Virus record (IMG/VR): IMGVR_UViG_3300034061_001830
Span: 1-26,207 of that record
Reading direction: 5' to 3' (one strand)
DNA: 26,207 nt
Source of the DNA: a virus
Lineage: Duplodnaviria > Caudoviricetes
Below the pieces are notes generated by a model. That model ran no database searches. It was not told the DNA's origin and saw only the letters and a list, made by a program, of their open reading frames with translations. The number at the start of each line of letters is the position of its first letter. Positions within the stretch are counted from its first letter, which is position 1. Position numbers and translations under genes: made by a program. This document shows positions 24,394-26,207 of the stretch, piece after piece.

Positions 24394-26207
24394 ATGAACA
24401 TAATTACTACAACAGAAGCTTTATCAGAAATGGTTAGTCACTATCTAACTCAAGATGCTTTTGCTTTTGACGTGGAAACTGTGGGACCACAAAGAGGTTT
24501 AACTCCAGTAAATGAAGTTCTTTGGATTACTTTTGCAACGCATGGTCGTTGTGATGTTATTCCTATGGGACATCCAAATGGAGAGTTTATAGAAGAGGTG
24601 TTTCCTCTTACGGGACAAGGAGAGATTAGGAAACAGCAAGGTTTGGCGTTACGGCCTAGCGACTATTCAAGAGATAGTAAGAAGGCCACCAAAGTATTTG
24701 GACCAGCGCCAGACCAGCTGTTTCCTAACGAAGTATTTTCTGCTTTAGAGCCTCTGTTATTTGATACCAGCAAACTAACCATAGGTCACAATTTAATTTT
24801 TGATTTAACTTCTATTGCTAAGTACTACAAAGGTCGTATCCCAGAACCAGCTTACTTTGACACAATGGTTGCGTCTTTTATTGTAGACAACCGTAATAAA
24901 AACAAGTGTGGATTAGATGACTGTTTAAAGCGTGAGTTTAACTACGAGATGGTTAAAGGAGTAGGAAAAGAGGTAGAAAACTATTCTTTTGAAGAGGTTG
25001 CTAAATACGCTTATTTAGATGCTAAATACACATTTTTACTTTGGAAAACACTACAACCAAGATTAGAAGCCGCTGAACTAACTAAAGTGTTTTCTTTAGA
25101 GATGGACGTTCTTAGAGTTCTTTGCGACATGAAACTTACAGGTGCTGTAATTGACGTAGAAGCTTTGTCTTCTCTACATACATCGTTAGAAGCAGATTTA
25201 GAAAAAACTAAGGCTTCTATTTGGAAAGCTGCTGCTAGAGAATTTAACATTAACTCTAACCAAGAAAAACAACATATTTTGTATAGTTCTAAAGACGAGG
25301 GTGGTAGGGGTCTAAAGCCTAAGGTTTTAACTCCAAAGGGAGAAGACGCAGCTAAAGCAGGCAAGGAGTTATTAATAGAGCATTACTCGGTATCTGCTGA
25401 GGCTTTAGAACCATACAGAGACAAAGACGCATTAGTAACCGCGTTACTTGAGTACTCTGATTTAAACAAGCTTTTGACTACGTATGTAACCCCATACTTA
25501 GGTGGTGATGTAGTTCGTACGGTTTCAGGAAAGTCTAAGATAGAGCATAAAGAAAGCCTTTTAATAAACGGAAAGCTTCATTGTGACTTTATTCAACACG
25601 GGGCAGAGACGGGTCGGTTTTCTAGTCGAAACCCAAATTTACAAAACGTTCCAGCTCCTCACACTCCAAATGGAAAAGCCATTAGAAACTTGTTTGTTGC
25701 TCCAGAAGGCCACTCCCTAGTAGTCGCTGATTATTCTCAGATTGAACCTAGAGTTATTGCTTCGTTTAGTGAAGACCCAATTATGATGAAAAATTACCTA
25801 GAGGGCGGGGATATCTATACAACCGTTGGTGACACTATGGGGGTAGACAGAAAAGCAGGAAAGGTTTTAGTTCTTTCTATGGCTTACGGAGTAGGTCCCG
25901 ACAAGATTGCTAAGTCTATAGGTTGTTCTGTGGCAGCAGCAAGAGACCTTCTTAATAAGTTTGCTGAAAGATTTAAGACTGTGGCAAGTTATAGGTCTAA
26001 AGTTTTAGGGGCTACTAGACGAGGCAGACCCCCTTACGTAACTACCATAACTGGTAGACGTAGGTATTTGCCAGAGATATTTTCTAAGGACCCAGGTGTT
26101 AGAGCTGGAGCAGAACGTCAAGCTTTTAATACTAGAATACAAGGAAGCGCCGCAGATATTATTAAAATAGCTATGGTGCGGGCTCATACAATGTTACCAA
26201 AACAGGC
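24394..26207 (+). CDS. polA: Family A DNA polymerase with 3'-5' exonuclease, 3'-truncated by the window
   Basis: Absent from the ORF track because it has no stop in the window. ExoI FDVET, ExoII GHNLIFD, ExoIII YAYLDA, TGRFSSRNPNLQN, motif A ADYSQIEPR, motif B RKAGKVLVLSMAYG and NTRIQGSAAD. No N-terminal 5'-3' exonuclease. Confidence 0.96.
   Translation, partial: MNIITTTEALSEMVSHYLTQDAFAFDVETVGPQRGLTPVNEVLWITFATHGRCDVIPMGHPNGEFIEEVFPLTGQGEIRKQQGLALRPSDYSRDSKKATKVFGPAPDQLFPNEVFSALEPLLFDTSKLTIGHNLIFDLTSIAKYYKGRIPEPAYFDTMVASFIVDNRNKNKCGLDDCLKREFNYEMVKGVGKEVENYSFEEVAKYAYLDAKYTFLLWKTLQPRLEAAELTKVFSLEMDVLRVLCDMKLTGAVIDVEALSSLHTSLEADLEKTKASIWKAAAREFNINSNQEKQHILYSSKDEGGRGLKPKVLTPKGEDAAKAGKELLIEHYSVSAEALEPYRDKDALVTALLEYSDLNKLLTTYVTPYLGGDVVRTVSGKSKIEHKESLLINGKLHCDFIQHGAETGRFSSRNPNLQNVPAPHTPNGKAIRNLFVAPEGHSLVVADYSQIEPRVIASFSEDPIMMKNYLEGGDIYTTVGDTMGVDRKAGKVLVLSMAYGVGPDKIAKSIGCSVAAARDLLNKFAERFKTVASYRSKVLGATRRGRPPYVTTITGRRRYLPEIFSKDPGVRAGAERQAFNTRIQGSAADIIKIAMVRAHTMLPKQ

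Noticed and set aside
222-26187. All minus-strand ORFs in the track (for example 511-822, 1160-1573, 4302-4748, 25011-25364) and nested + strand alternates (732, 3655, 18859, 20241, 21983, 24046)
   Set aside because: They lie within well-supported, coupled + strand genes, lack recognisable motifs, and read as shadow frames.
1-26207. CRISPR array, tRNA/rRNA, intron/intein, transposase, DGR repeats or stop-codon recoding
   Set aside because: I saw no spaced repeats, cloverleafs, reverse transcriptase or splicing motifs by eye. Genes tile fully in the standard code with TAA, TAG and TGA all used as stops.

Overview
This window is a 26.2 kb, entirely + strand, gene-dense segment of a tailed dsDNA phage with a contractile tail (myovirus morphology). 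It has four parts. (i) 1-949: the end of an operon of six tightly coupled, tiny Lys-rich ORFs, three of them carrying Cys motifs, closed by a strong terminator. (ii) 1060-15366: a tail and baseplate module with putative tail completion/terminator genes, sheath, T4 gp19-like tube, gp26-like chaperone plus a start-less gp51-like frame, tape measure fused to an M23 peptidase, tube initiator, LysM wedge, hub, OB-fold spike, gp25, baseplate J, short fibre and a gpI-like wedge with carbohydrate-binding domains. (iii) 15418-22332: a replication module with a wHTH initiator containing a candidate internal origin, DnaC-like loader, SWIM protein, DnaB helicase, DnaG primase and SNF2 helicase. (iv) 22342-end: small regulators (FmdB Zn-ribbon, ribbon-helix-helix, MerR-like HTH), SSB and a family A DNA polymerase running off the window. 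Leaderless promoter geometry, a virion M23 peptidase and low GC by eye are compatible with a low-GC actinobacterial host; this is inference only. The most notable unexplained signals are a candidate +1 frameshift at UUU_CGU in the tail chaperone, the Lys/Cys micropeptide cluster (HypB-like MCxxCGC and an 18-aa metallothionein-like peptide), a spike whose His-rich segment is inserted inside the OB fold, and a palindrome/repeat cluster inside the initiator gene. All family assignments come from motif recognition and gene order, not database searches.
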